From the NCBI GenBank assembly GCA_964016885.1, contig OZ024740.1:332940001-333004000 (forward strand): a stretch of DNA of 64,000 nt, given 5' to 3'. The translations under genes and the position numbers were made by a program. The notes below the pieces were generated by a model. The model saw only the letters and a program-made list of their open reading frames with translations, did not search any database and was not told the origin of the DNA. Shown piece after piece: positions 34,885 through 47,930 of this stretch (position 1 is the first letter of the stretch; each line of letters begins with the position of its first letter). The stretch comes from Eledone cirrhosa (lineage: Eukaryota).

Positions 34885-37800
34885 CTACATACGTATATTC
34901 AGAGTGGTCCCGTTCACTCGGACCATTCTCGCTACATTCACCCACCTTTCAACAAACTTGCTAGAAAGCAGCACTTGCCTCTCCACCCTGATTTTCCTCT
35001 TCAAGTGAAACTTGAAAAAGTTAATCAGGGAATCGCCGAAGAGGAAAGTGTTTGTCTTTAATCCTTTTAACCTTGTCCACCACACAATCTCTTTCGCCAT
35101 GGCCACCAGGCAGATGAAAACCGCCTGCCCTTCCTCCTCAAAGGAAGACGGCGAGACCATCTGCACAATGGACTCAGTCGACAACCGGATCAGTCCCACA
35201 CGTGACAGCAACTGTTCGACATAGCTCCACAAGTCAGCAATGCTCGGGCACTGAACGAGTGCGTGCACAACGGTTTCGTCGCTATGCGCGCATCTCGGAC
35301 AGGCTCGGCTGACGGCACTTCCGTGCCTGTAGAGCTTATCTCGAACCGGCAGCGCTCCCCGGTAGCACTGCCAGGCCAGGGATTTTGGGAAGTTATCCAT
35401 AGGCCCCGGGTTGAAAGTTCTCCGGAAGAGAGCAAACAGCTGATCTTCTTCGACGCCCAGGATCTCTCCGAGAACGTCGTCGCTCTTCCCCTCCACTAAT
35501 CCTCTATAGAACGCCGAGGTGGATGTTCCACCGATACTGGTGCCCAACTGGGAGAGGGCAGTGAGCGCCTGGAGACATTCCAGTTTCCAAGCGCTATCCC
35601 TCGGTCTTTTTCTGACCCAGGACTGCAGCTCCGTCAAGGAGACGAGCTGTGGGAAAATGTGCCTGGCGAACGGCTATCACACCCGTTCACCATCAAGGAA
35701 ACACCAGAGATGTCGCAGCCTCAGCGCATGTTTGCGCATCATCAGCCATGGCATGCCCAGTCCTCCACGCAACGGGTGTTGACAGCAGATGGATCGTCTG
35801 ACCATGGGAGCGCGTCCCTTCCACAAAAAGCAGAAGAGGAGGCGCTCCATTTTGGTGAGAGTTGGGCTGGAGCAAGGGACAACGGTGAGGCGGTAGCAGA
35901 TGACGGATGCGATGTACGCATTCACCACTTCCGCCCGGCCTTTCAGGGACAGCTTCCTCTCAGCCCATTTCTGGGTGAGGGAGGTCACCCTGCTCGTCAC
36001 CTCGTTCCAGTTTTTCTCCATCTGGAGGTCCGGTCCGAACCAGACCCCGAGCAATTTAACCGGTCCGTCCGTCCAACGCCCCACGACGCTGTCGGACGGC
36101 ATGGACTTGCCTCTCCAGGTGCCTAGCTGCAAGCCCACCAACTTTTCCTGGTTTATCTTTGCTCCTGTCACCGTTTCGTATTCCTTGAGAGCGGTGCCGA
36201 GCATCTGGACGTGTCTGGTGCTCGACAAATCCACGGTGACGTCGTCCGCGTAAGCCGACTCGGATTTCCCGCATCCTAGTTCGCGAGGGACGCCCCTCAT
36301 CGCCCCCAGTTTGTGCAGTAACGGCTCGAGAGCCAATACGTACAAGAGGGACGAGAGAGGACAACCATGGCGGACTGAGCGCATGATGCTGAAAGGCCGC
36401 GACAGGTGACCGTTCACCCGCACAACTGAGCAGATGTCGCTGTACATTGCTGCGATCCAACGCCTGAAAACGGCCCCGAAACCGGCTGCCTCGAGGACCG
36501 CCGCCAGGTACCGATGGTCGATCCTATCGAATGCTTTGGATTGATCCAAGTTGATCTGGGCCCCACCCTTGCCAGGTTCCTTAACCACCCTCTCTATGAT
36601 GTATCGCATGAGGTAGAGGTTGTCGTGTATGGATCTGTCCGGGATGGCGCATGTCTGCGCCTCTTCCACCAGACCTTTGACGACAAGCGCCAACCTCGTT
36701 GTTAACACCTTGGCCAAAATCTTGAACTCTGCGTTTAGCAGAGTTATGGGCCTGAAATTATCAATAACATCCCCCTTGTTCGGGTCTTTTCTCAGCAGCG
36801 CCACTGCTCCCCGGCTCACAAAACTGGGAATGCTCCCGTTCTGCTGCCAGTTGCAGTAGACGTCTGCCAAGAGGTCACCGAACAAGTCTGGCATAAATGC
36901 ATAAAGCTCGTAGAGCAGACCATCTAAACCTGGCGATTTACCTCTTGTGCAGTTAGCCATCGCTTCCCGTATTTCACCGGCTGTTATTGGCTTTTCGCAA
37001 CACTGTGCTGCGGTCATCGAGAGCCGAGGCAGTCCGTCGAGGTATGCACTGAAGTTCATGTCCCGATCCGGGCCGCCGCCGCTCCCGAACAGTTCAGCAA
37101 AGTGCTGCTGAAAAGCTTCACACATCCGGTCGGGTTCGAGCATCACGCACCCGTTTTGGTCAGACAAAGACCGAATTGTGGCTTTATTGTCACGTCGCGC
37201 CTCTGCCATCCGGGCCCATTGGACGGCTTTTGTCCCCTCGTGTTTCAGAGCAGCGCTCTAGCTTTGACAACGCAGCCTTCGTGTTTTGCGCTGAAGAATT
37301 GGTCGAGTGCCAATCTCGCCGCAAGCAAGTCGGTTGCGATGCCTATCCTAAACGCCTCTTCTAGCTTTCTGACTAGCTCTCCCTCTACTCTATTTTCCTC
37401 TATCACTACTCCTTTTCTAAACCTAATCGACTCTACTTTAATTGCCCTTTTCAGGGCGAACCACCACCTGTTGTTGACGACCGCTCCCGTAAACGCCCGC
37501 TTAACTAATACGCTAATCCGGTCTCTGTAGGCCTTGCGCTCCGGGAAAGACGCGTTCAGCTTCCAGTAACCAGGCCCTTCTCTATGAAGTCTGTCTATGT
37601 CGATCTCACAGATCACAAATTTGTGGTCTGTGTAGTCGACTATTTTAAATTGTGGACAACTTATAATAGCCTTATCTAGTTCCCTGCAGAATACCCTATC
37701 TAGATACGATCTGGATGACCCGATGCGGTTTGTCCATGTCCACATTGGCACATTCGGGTGATCCAGTCGATACCTGTCAGACAGTTCAAAACGTCTGATC

Positions 37801-38302
37801 AGGTTGGTGAGGCTCTTGCACCCTCCTCCCCTATCCACTAGGCCCACACGATCCCAGCGTGCATCCAAGATACCGTTACAGTCGCCCACTAACACTAAAG
37901 AGCGGGACGTTCCAAGAAAGGTCTCTAGACGTCTGAAGAAATCTGGCCGTCCTGCCTCTGTTGGGGCGTAGACAACTACTAGCCTGAAAGCATTGCCTTC
38001 GCTGCCGGTCACGTCCAGCACAACCGACTTACCTTCTGGGTCCAGGAAGATGGCCCGTATCGCGAGATCCAAGCCTCTCCGAAAAAGGACGGCAACCCCA
38101 CCCCCGATCCTGGACGGCTGGGAGATGCGTATACATCGTAGCCGTCGAAGATCGGTGCGAAGGCCCGTGCCTCGGAGATTCTGGTTTCACTGATGGCCAC
38201 CACATCTATGTTTAGTGACCCGACGTCATTGAGCAGGTGACCCTGCTTCCAAGATGACCCCAGGCCACGTGCATTTATACTGCCTATTCTGAGTACAGCC
38301 AT
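34885..38302 (-). pseudogene. Copy G ORF2 (APE-RT-zinc finger), about 3 frameshifts
   Basis: MAVLRIGSINARG start; pieces 37245-38072, 35677-37209 (YADD) and 34885-35637. Confidence 0.92.
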
Positions 38303-40379
38303 GTAGGATGAGAAACGGGGCAAATGAGAAAGGACTCTTACCTTGTTCGTGTGGTGAAGGGACAGTAGAACCGTCCCTTTCGCTGGTCATGGGTGTTTCC
38401 AAGAGGATGTCAGTGTATATCCTCTTGGTAACTGTCCCTATGAAGTCTCCAACTGCGTTGGGGAATTTTTGTTTTAAAGGTTTGTATTGTTCTATTGAGA
38501 TTTCGATGAGGCTTATGTTTGTCGGGAGAGTTCTTGGTGTTGGTGGGGTGTAGTAATTTTTTTCCGTGATGTCTGTGTGCTGCTTTATATATTTTATGAG
38601 TTCTTTTTTGCTATGTTTATGGCTGTGTACTTTTTGGGGAGAGGGGTGATTTTGTTGCCGTTTTCTTTTTTGTTGCTGTTTGGTGTGTGTGTCTTGTTGT
38701 GTTTGCGTTGTTGGTGTTTGTGGTGTTGTTGCTGCAAGTTTCCTTGCTGCCTTTACTCCTCTTTGTATGCCTTCGCTTTTGGAGGGTGAATCTAAGGGGT
38801 TTTTTTTGTTTTTTTTTTGTGGCAGACTGTTTGCCACGTCACTCCCGCCTCAAACTCCATGTCGGATTCTGTGGCGTCTGGGAGGGGTATGTTCTCCACG
38901 GCTGTTGGTGGTGGTAGTGGAGCCCTCTTCGGCAATGTTTTTGCTGGTGTAGCTATTTCAAATGTAGCTATTGGTGTTGCCGCTACTGATGAAGCTGCTT
39001 TAGTTATCCGTGGCCTTGGTACGGGTGCTACGGACGTTGCCCTCCTACTCACCGTGGAAGGGGCTTCTTCGTTTGTTGCCTGTCCTGCTCTTGGTAGCAG
39101 CGGACCAGGTATTGGAACGAGAGGGGCCCTCTTCGGTGTCTTCTGCGGGCAAAAGGCACTGAGGTGAGCTTTCGACCCACAAAGATAACATTTTGGCCGT
39201 CTTCCTTCTACACTTATAGGGAGTTGGAGTCCTTCCTCAAAATCTATGATATCGGGGATAGCCTCGATACATTCCTGGTCAGTTTGTATAAGCATTTGCA
39301 TGCCTATACCTGACCAGTTCTCTCTCCCTATTTTTTCTACTTGCAGCATGGTCGCCCTGTTCTCAATTCCAGCAAGGACAGACGCGGCCAGCCAAGGTAT
39401 GGGCACGTCGGGTGGGACCTGGGTCACTTTGACCCTCACACTTTTCTGCCCGCAGTAGGAGGGCACCAAGACTATCTCCTCACTCTTTAGGGTTTCCAAA
39501 GAGTGAGACTTTGCTTCCTGGGAGGTGGCGAAAAGTACGTCTACTGTGGCGTACTTTCTGCCTCGGGTGATGTGGGTTTTGCGTGCCCAGACGCACCCCA
39601 AGGCCTTTTGGATTTGAGCCTCCGTGGCTCTCTCCACTCGATGTGAGATTTTTCTTACGGTGCGGTAAGTCACCGTTCGTAGCTGCTGGTCCTTGAAAAA
39701 ATCGGTTGGAGGTTTCAGGGAAACTCTATTTGCGCTTCTTGTCACCATGGCCCTTGCGACTGCCATCTCCTCCTCTGTGACTAACACTGTCTCGATATTT
39801 CGGGCGACACCTGCAAAAGAAGTGGTCGCTTTTTCAGCAGCACCACTATTTCTGCCGCTACTGGTCTTACTGGTGGTGCTGAGGTCGCTATTACAGGTAT
39901 CGGTGTCATTGTTGTTCTTTTCGCTGGTACAGTTGTAGGTGTTGTTTTCGTTGATACTGTTGCTGCTGTTACTGTTATTGTGGCTGTTGTTATTATTGTT
40001 GTTTTTGTTGATAATGTTCGTACTATTATTGTTGTTGTGGCTGTTGTTATTGTCATTGTTATTGTCGTTCTCGACCTTACCGCTGTTATTTTTGTTATTG
40101 TCGTTCTCGACCTTATCGCTGTTATTTTTGTTATTGTCGTTCTCGACTTTACCGCTGTTATTTTTAGTGTTGTTGTTGGTGATGTTGTTGGTGTTATTGT
40201 TGGTGTTGTTTGTGTTAGAAATATTTGTTAATTTTAAATCTGTAACAATCTTTTTTTTCCTTTGTAATATTTTCATTTATATTTACCTCCGCTGGAACGC
40301 TGTCTTGTTGACATGCTGATAAAGTCTCCCTCTCTCTGTGTTGTCTGACAGCGCTCTCTCTCTTTTTTGTGTTATCCAT
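38226..40379 (-). pseudogene. Copy G ORF1, frameshifts in A-rich runs
   Basis: Probable ATG at 40379. 494-aa piece with an Asn-rich tract (includes three ~33-bp repeats encoding KNNSGKVENDN, 40065-40165) and CYLCGSKAHLSAFC. C-terminal piece 38226-38837. Confidence 0.88.
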
Positions 40380-40593
40380 GTTGAAATTTAAAAAAAAATA
40401 TTTTTACACAAATACGAATACGACACCCCGTAAAGGGGTGCCGTATTATTTACTAGTGAACCCTGTTTTAGGTGAGTCACTTCTTCTAAACTTTTATCAA
40501 ATTTAAAACTTGAATAAAAGGTTTAGCACGGTTGAAAAAGAGGTAAAACGTTGAAAAAGACTGGAGGCGATAAGAAGCGTGGCTTCACCAACC

Positions 40594-40623
<30 letters not shown>
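40594..40623. repeat. (AAT)10 at the G/H junction
   Basis: Read directly from the sequence. Confidence 0.96.
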
Positions 40624-40624
<1 letters not shown>

Positions 40625-40866
40625 TTTTCTTTATTAACCACAAGGGTTCACATAAAGTAGACATTAAGGACAGTACAGGACAATACAGGACGGTACAAAT
40701 GGGCATTTCTGCGTGTAAAAAAACAGAGGTTGAAATAAAATAACAAAGAAAAATTCCCCAATAGGGGGGAGACTTCCAAGGGACATTTGTGGAGAAAGCC
40801 CATTAAAAGACCACAGTGGCCCTGACCACCAGGGCAAGTGCCCTCTCCCAGTTTTCCACCTTTAAT

Positions 40867-43800
40867 TTACAGACACATACTCAGAGAAGGCCCATTCATT
40901 CGGGCCATACTTGCTTCTCTCACCCATCTTTCAACAAAATGCTGGGAAGAGAGCACTTCCCTCTCTACCCTGATTTTCCTTTTCAAATGAAATTTGAAAA
41001 AGTTAATCAGGGCATCACCGAAGAGGTAAGTGCTCGTCTTCAGCCCTTTCAAACGTGTCCACCATACTATCTCTTTCGCCATGGCCACCAGACAGATAAA
41101 AACTGCCTGCCCTTCCAGGATAAAGGAAGGGGCGGGGCAATCCTCACGATGGACTCAGCTGATAGCTGGATCCGTCCTACACGTGACAGCAGGTGTTCGA
41201 CATAAACCCACAAGTCAGCAATGCTCGGACACTGGACGAGTGCGTGCAGGACGGTTTCGTCGCCCTGCGCGCATCTCGGACATGCCCAGCTGACGGCACC
41301 TCCATGCCTGTAGAGTTTATCCCGAACTGGCAAAGCTCCTCGGTAGCACTGCCTGGCCAGGGATTTCTGGAAGTTGTCCATAGGCCCCGGCCCGAAAGTC
41401 CTTCCGAAGAGATTGGCTAGTTGATTTTCGTCGACGCCTAGAGTTTCTCCAAGTACGTCGTCGCTCTTCCCCTCCACTAATCCCCTATAGAGCGCCAAGG
41501 TGGAGTTTCCACCGATCACATTGCCCGATTGGTCGAGGGCTGTGAGCGCCTGAAGACATTCCAGTCTCCAAGCGCTCCCTCTCGGTCTTCGCTTGACCCA
41601 GGACTGCAGCTCCGTCAAGGAGACGAGCTGGGGAAAAACGTGTCTTGCAAACGGCGACCACACCTGATCACCGTCGAGGAAGAGGTGGAGATGTCGTAGC
41701 CTGAGCGCGTGTCTGCGCGTCATTAGCCACGGCATGCCCAGCCCTCCACGTAGCGGGTGTTGACAGCAGATGGACCGCCTGACCATCGGAGCGCGTCCCT
41801 TCCACAAGAAGCGAAAGAGCAAACTCTCCAGCGCAGTCAGGCGGGGTTTAGGACAAGGTACGACGGTCAGGCGGTAGTAGATGACGGATGCGATGTACGC
41901 ATTCGCCACCTCCGCTCGACCTTTCAGGGATAGCTTCCTCTCCGCCCATTCCTGGGTGAGAGAAGCCACCCTGCTCGTCACCTCGTCCCAGTTTTTGTCC
42001 GTCTGGAGGTCTGGACCGAACCAGACCCCTAGCAATTTCACCGGTCCGTCCATCCAGCGCCCGACGACGCTGTTGGACGGCATGGACCTGCCTCTCCAGG
42101 TGCCGAGCTGCAGGCCCACTGACTTTTCCTGGTTGATCATTGCTCCTGTCACCGCTTCGTATTCTCTTAGTGTAGTGCCGATCGCCTCGATGTGTTTGGC
42201 GTTCGACACCACTACGGTGACATCGTCGGCATATGCTGACACGGATCTTCCGCATCCTAGTTCGCGCGGGACCCCCCTCAACGTCTCCAGTTTGTGCAGT
42301 AATGGCTCGAGAGTCAATACGTACAATAGGGACGAGAGGGGACATCCTTGGCGGACCGAGCGCATGATGTTGAACGGTTCCGAAAGGTGACCGTTCACTC
42401 TCACTACAGAGCAGATGTCGCTGTGCATGGCAGCGATCCAGCCTCTGAAGACGGGCCCAAAGCCAGCCGCCCTCAGGACTGCCGTTAGGTAACGATGGTC
42501 GACCCTATCGAAGGCTTTCGACTGATCTAAATTGATCAAAGACCCACCCGTGCCAGGTTCCCTAGCTACCCTCTCTACGATGTATCGCATGAGGTGGAGG
42601 TTGTCGTGGATGGATCTGTCGGGAATGGCGCATGTCTGTGCCTCTCCCACCAGACCACCAACGACAAGCGCCAACCTCTTTGCTAGCACCTTGGCCAAAA
42701 TCTTGAACTCTGTGTTTAGCAGAGTTATGGGCCTAAAATTATCTATGTTATCCCCCTTGTTCGGATCCTTTCTCAGCAGCGCCACAGCTCCTCGGCTCAC
42801 AGAGCTGGGAATTCTCCCGTTCTGTTGCCAGTTGCAGTAGACGTCCGCCAAGAGGCCTCCGAACAAGTTTGGCATTTGTACGTAAAGTTCATAGGGCAGA
42901 CCATCCAAACCAGGCGATTTACCCCATGTGCAACTAGTCATTGCATCCCGTAATCAGCGGTTGTTATCGGCTTTTCGCAACACTCCGCCTCAGTGGCCGA
43001 AAGCCGCGGCAGTCCGTCGAGGTAGACACTAAAGTCCATCCCTCGATCCGGCCCGCCACTGCCCCCGAACATTTGAGCGAAGTGTCGCTGAAAAGCTTCA
43101 CACATTTGCCCGGGATCGAGTAGCATGCGCCCGTCGTGGTCCACCAAAGACCGAATCGTGGCGTTGTTGCCACGACGCGCCTCCGCCACTCGGGCCCACT
43201 GAACGGCTTTCGTCCCCTCGTGTCTGAGAGCACGCACCCTAGCTCTGACAACGCAGCCTTCGTGCTTTGCATTGAAGAATTGGTCAAGGGCCAATTTCGC
43301 CGCAAGTACGTCGGTCGCGATGCCTTTGCTAAACGCCTTATCTAATTTTCTAACTAATGCTCCCTCTGCTCTATTTTTCTCTATTGCTAAAGTCTTACTA
43401 AACCTAATGGACTCTATTCTAATTGCTCTTTTCAGAGCAAACCACCACTTGTTGTTGACGATGGCCCCCGTCAACGCCCGCTTAACTAGTTCGCTAATCC
43501 GGTCACTGTAGGCCTTGCGCGCTGGTAAGGACGCGTTTAGCTTCAAGTAGCCGGGTCCTCGTCTATGAAGCCTATCTAAGTCAAGCACACAGATCACGAA
43601 TTTGTGGTCCGTGTAGCTGACTATCTTGAATTGTGGACAGCCTATGCTAGACCTATCTATTTCCCTACAAAATACTCTATCTAGATATGATCTGGATGAC
43701 CCTATGAGATTTGTCCAAGTCCACATTGGTACATTCGGGAAATCCATTCGGTACCTGTCAGACAGTTCAAAACGTCTGAGCAGGTTGGTGAGACTCTTGC

Positions 43801-44284
43801 ACCCTCCTTCCCTATCCACTAATCCCACACAATCCCAGCGTGCATCTAAGATCCCGTTCCAGTCGCCCACTAACACTAAAGAGCGGGACGTTCCAAGAAA
43901 GGTCCCCAGACGCCGGAAGAAATCAGGCCGCCCTGCTCCTGTCGGGGAATAGACGGCCACTAACCTGAAAGCTTGCCCGTCTCCGCTGGTCACGTCCAGC
44001 ACCACCAACTTACCTTCTGGGTCCAGGAAGATGGCCCGTATGGCAAGATCCAAACCTCTCCGAAAAAGCACAGCAACTCCTCCCCCCGATCGCGGACGGC
44101 TGGGAGATGCGTACACATCGTAGCCGTCGAAGATCGGTGCGAAAGCCTGTGCTTCGGAGATTCTGGTCTCGCTGATGGCCACTACATCTATGTTTAGTGA
44201 CCTGAGGTCGTTGAGCAGGTGGCCCTGCTTCCATGACGACCCCAAGCCACGCGCATTTATGCTGCCTATTCTGAGTGAGATCAT
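40867..44284 (-). pseudogene. Copy H ORF2, two frameshifts
   Basis: 448-aa APE piece, 624-aa RT piece (YADD) and 73-aa C-terminal piece. Confidence 0.93.
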
Positions 44285-44318
44285 GTTAAAAAGGAGTGGA
44301 AAAGATGGGAAAGACCAC

Positions 44319-46306
44319 TTACCTTACTTCTCGTAGGGGAAGGACGGCTTTTCAATCCTTTTCACTGCTTGTGGCCTCCTCAGGAAGGATGCCCTTATAA
44401 ATCCTCCTGGAGAGTGCTTGTCGGAAGTCTCCGATGTCTTTGGGGAATTTTTGTTTTAGTGTCATGTACGTTTTCTGTGTGATGCGAGTGATTTGTATGT
44501 GTGGAGGTGGTGTGAATTTTGGGGTTGTTGTGTAGTCTTTTTCTGTGATGCTGGTGTTGTGTTGGATGTAGTGTAATAATTGCTTGTTGTTCAAATTTAA
44601 TGCTGTGTAGTGTGTATCGTTTTGGTTGTTTTGTTTTGTTTGCGTTTGTTGTGGGTTTGTTTCTGTTTCGCATTTTGGTGACTTTTGTGGTGTAGGTGAT
44701 GGTGGTGTTGGAGTTAATGATGGTGATGGTGTTGGTGTTTGGGTTGATGGGGTTGGTGATGCTGGTGTGGATGGTGGCATATCTGTCCTAACTTTTTTGT
44801 TTCTTAGTTTATTTGTTTCCCTCTGTATTTTGTTTTTGGAGGGGGAAGGAAGAGAATTTTTTCTTTTTTGGTTTCTTTTTATTTTTCCGGATATCGTTTC
44901 CCACTCCTCGTCGTCACAATCTGTCTCCAGTTGTGATAGGCCGGGGAGTGGAAAATCCTCCACAGCCGTTAGATTTGGTTGTGGTGTGGTGGATGGTGTA
45001 GGCGCTGGTGCTAGTTCTGAAGCGTTGGGTGGTGGTGGTGTTGGTTTTGCTGGTGGTGGTAGTGGTGTTGGTTTTGCTACTGTTGCTGGGGTTGTTGCTG
45101 TTATAGTTGCTTCTGTTGTTGCTGCCATCTCTGCTACTGGTGGTGTTGATGGTTGTGTCACTGGGGTGGGTAGGAGAGGTGGCCTCAACCTTTTAGCCTG
45201 AGGGCAAAAAGCCCTTAGGTGGGTTCCTTCACCACAAACGACACACCTAGGTCTTCTGCCCTCGACAATTACCGTGAGGTGGCTGCCGTCAGTGAGGTCT
45301 ATTACCTCTGGGATCTCCTCAATGCTTTTTTGGTCCGCTTGGATCAGGAGCTCCATCCCAGATCCGGACCAGTTTTCCTGCTTTTCTTTTGCTACTGCTA
45401 TTATTTTCGTGTTGGCTTCGATGCCGGCGAGGACAGCCGCTATTAGCCAGGGAATTTCGATGGCCGGTGGAACGTGGGTCACCCTGATCTTTACGAGTCT
45501 CTGGCCACAATAACTTGGGACGAGTGTGAGGTCGTCACTTTTTAATGGGGCCATGGAGTGTTCTCTAGCCTCCTCTGGTGTTTCAAAGAACACATCCACG
45601 GTTCCATACTTTTGCCCACGTCTGATGTGGGTTTTTCTTGCCCACACATGTCCCAAAGCTTTTTGGATTTGGGACTCGGATGCCCGTTCCACTCGGTGCG
45701 ATTTTACATTTATTGTTCTATACGACACGGTGCACAGGCGCCGATGCTCCATTTTATTAGGTTGGGGGGGGGGGGGGTGAGGCTGACCCTGTACCCATCT
45801 TTCTTTACCATTTGTTTGGCATTTTCTAAATCTTCTTGAGTTACCGTGAACGCTTCGAATTGTTTTGCTACGATGGTGAAACTGGGGGTCGGTTTTATAA
45901 TGTCATTGTTGTTGTTGTTGCTATCGTTATTTGTGTTAATCTTAATTTTTGTTTCAGTTGTGGTGGTGGTGACGTCATTCGTCTTTGGTGCGGAAGAGTC
46001 CATTTTGCTTGATTTCATTTCGACATCACGAGTTAATTTATTTTTTTCTTCTTTTGTTTCTGTTGTCGCGGTGGTGGTGGGGGTGGTGGTTGTCGCGGTG
46101 GTGGTGGTGGTGGAGGCTTTAACACCTGCAGTCATTGGTAATGGCGGGAAATGAATGTCTGCCTGAGACAAATTTAAAATATTGCTACTGCTTATATTTT
46201 TTTTTGTGTTGGCAAACGTAGTAACATTTACAATGGTTGTGTCGGTGTGAGGTGTTATTTTGTGAGGAAGGCTTTCAGCTGCTTCGCGCAGAGGTGAATT
46301 AGCCAT
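44319..46306 (-). pseudogene. Copy H ORF1, frameshift at a poly-C run and a late premature stop
   Basis: MANSPLREAAES start; 466-aa piece with CVVCGEGTHLRAFC. Confidence 0.9.
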
Positions 46307-46513
46307 TTTTTTCAAAGAAATTTTTTGATAATAATAAAAGTTAAAATTTTGGGCACAAGGCCCCAATCTTTTTGGGTGTCCTTTTCGGAAAACAATGTAT
46401 GTGTGCTTATAAACAGTTAACAATAAAATTTTTCATAAATGGCAATTTTTAACAAACGGAAATAACAAACCTTTGCGGAGCTCACGATGATACGATTTAC
46501 TACGTAGGTCGCC

Positions 46514-46581
<68 letters not shown>

Positions 46582-46607
46582 TAATAATAATAATAATAAT
46601 AATAATA
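46514..46607. repeat. (AAT)n of about 31 units at the H/Dong1 junction
   Basis: Read directly from the sequence. Confidence 0.97.
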
Positions 46608-47920
46608 CACTGAAGAAGGATACAAGTATTTGGGTGTTCTGGAGGCTGATGACATCAAGAACGAAATCATGAAGGAATTGATAAGATCTGAATACATTCG
46701 AAGAGTAATGAGCGTATTAAAGTCACATCTGAACAGTAGCAATGCCATAAGTGCAGTAAATTCACGAGCTGTGTCTATTATTAGGAATAGTGCGGGAATT
46801 CTGAGATGGAATGTTGCTGAACAAAAAGAAATGGATAGGAAGACTAGGAAGTTATTGACTATCTACAACATGTTCCACAAGAGGAGTGATGTCGATAGAC
46901 TCTACTTAAGGAGATCTGAAAGTGGAAGAGGTCTTATCAGCATAGAAGACTGTGTTCAGATGGAGAAAAACAGCCTACACAAATACGTGACTGATAGTAA
47001 GGAGTCAATGCTCAGCATTGTACTGAAGGAGAGGATAATAGACCAGGGGATGTCCATGGAGGAAATAACAACAAGGAGAAAGAGCAGCCTTCAGGAAAAA
47101 TCCCTTCATAGTACCTTCTTTGAGAAAACTGAATTCAGAGATCCACAGACAAGGAACTGGTTGAAAAGAGGAGACCTTAACAAGGCTACAGAAGGAATGC
47201 TAATGGCTGCGCAAGAGCAGGCCCTCAAAACGAAGTGGTTGAAACACCATATTTACAAGGAGAAGGCTAGCCCACTGTGCAGGATCTGTGGAGAGAGAGA
47301 GAGGAGACTGTGGCTCACATTGTATCCGAGTGTAAACACCTAGCCCAGACTCACTATAAGGGCTGGAGACATGATATGATGGGCAGGGTGATCCACTGGC
47401 ACCTATGCAAAGAAAACAATTTACCACATTCTGAGAAGTGGTATCAGCATAAGTCAGAATCGGTGATAGAAAACGATCAGCTGAAGGTGCTGTGCGATTT
47501 TAGGATACAGACGGACAAGAAACTGGAACACAATAGACCTGACCTGGTGGTTTTGGACAAGGAAAAACGATCGTGCCTGATTGTGGATGTGGCCTGCCCA
47601 TTCGACACGAGAATGCACGAGAAGGAGAGGGAGAAAATTAACCGATACCAGGAATTAAAGTGGGAGGTAAAAAGGATTTGGAACTGCCATGAAGTCAAAG
47701 TGTTTGTCATAGGCGCACTAGGTACTATCTCAAAAAGTTTCCAGGGATGGTTAAAAAAAATTGGCCCCGCCATGCTTTTTGGAACGCTTCAAAAGGCATG
47801 CTTGCTGGGAACAGCAAGAACCATCCGATACGTCCTGAATATCTGAGGCTACAGGTATTGGCTTGATATTCATTTCAACAAACTTTCCAGTTAAATAACA
47901 TCAATGACTGAGACTCAAAG
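46608..47920 (+). mobile_element. R4/Dong-clade RLE non-LTR retrotransposon copy Dong1: 5'-truncated
   Basis: [36 protein letters not shown] and the restriction-like endonuclease motif [22 protein letters not shown] ends at 47846. Confidence 0.92.
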
Positions 47921-47930
47921 AACAATAATA

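Larger units (their letters stand above)
34596..40593 (-). mobile_element. Tx1/L1-clade retrotransposon copy G: full length, a few frameshifts
   Basis: Own 5' leader, ORF1 and ORF2 pieces, 3' AATAAAGAAATC then (ATT)n. Confidence 0.95.
40624..46513 (-). mobile_element. Tx1/L1-clade retrotransposon copy H: full length, a few lesions (C/H/I family)
   Basis: 5' GGCGACCTACGTAG; ORF1 46306-44319, ORF2 44284-40867; 3' AATAAAGAAAAC then (ATT)n. Confidence 0.96.

Noticed and set aside
34333-35061. 242-aa + strand ORF spanning the F/G junction
   Set aside because: It crosses two antisense UTRs and a microsatellite, has biased composition and shows no domain; a chance open frame.
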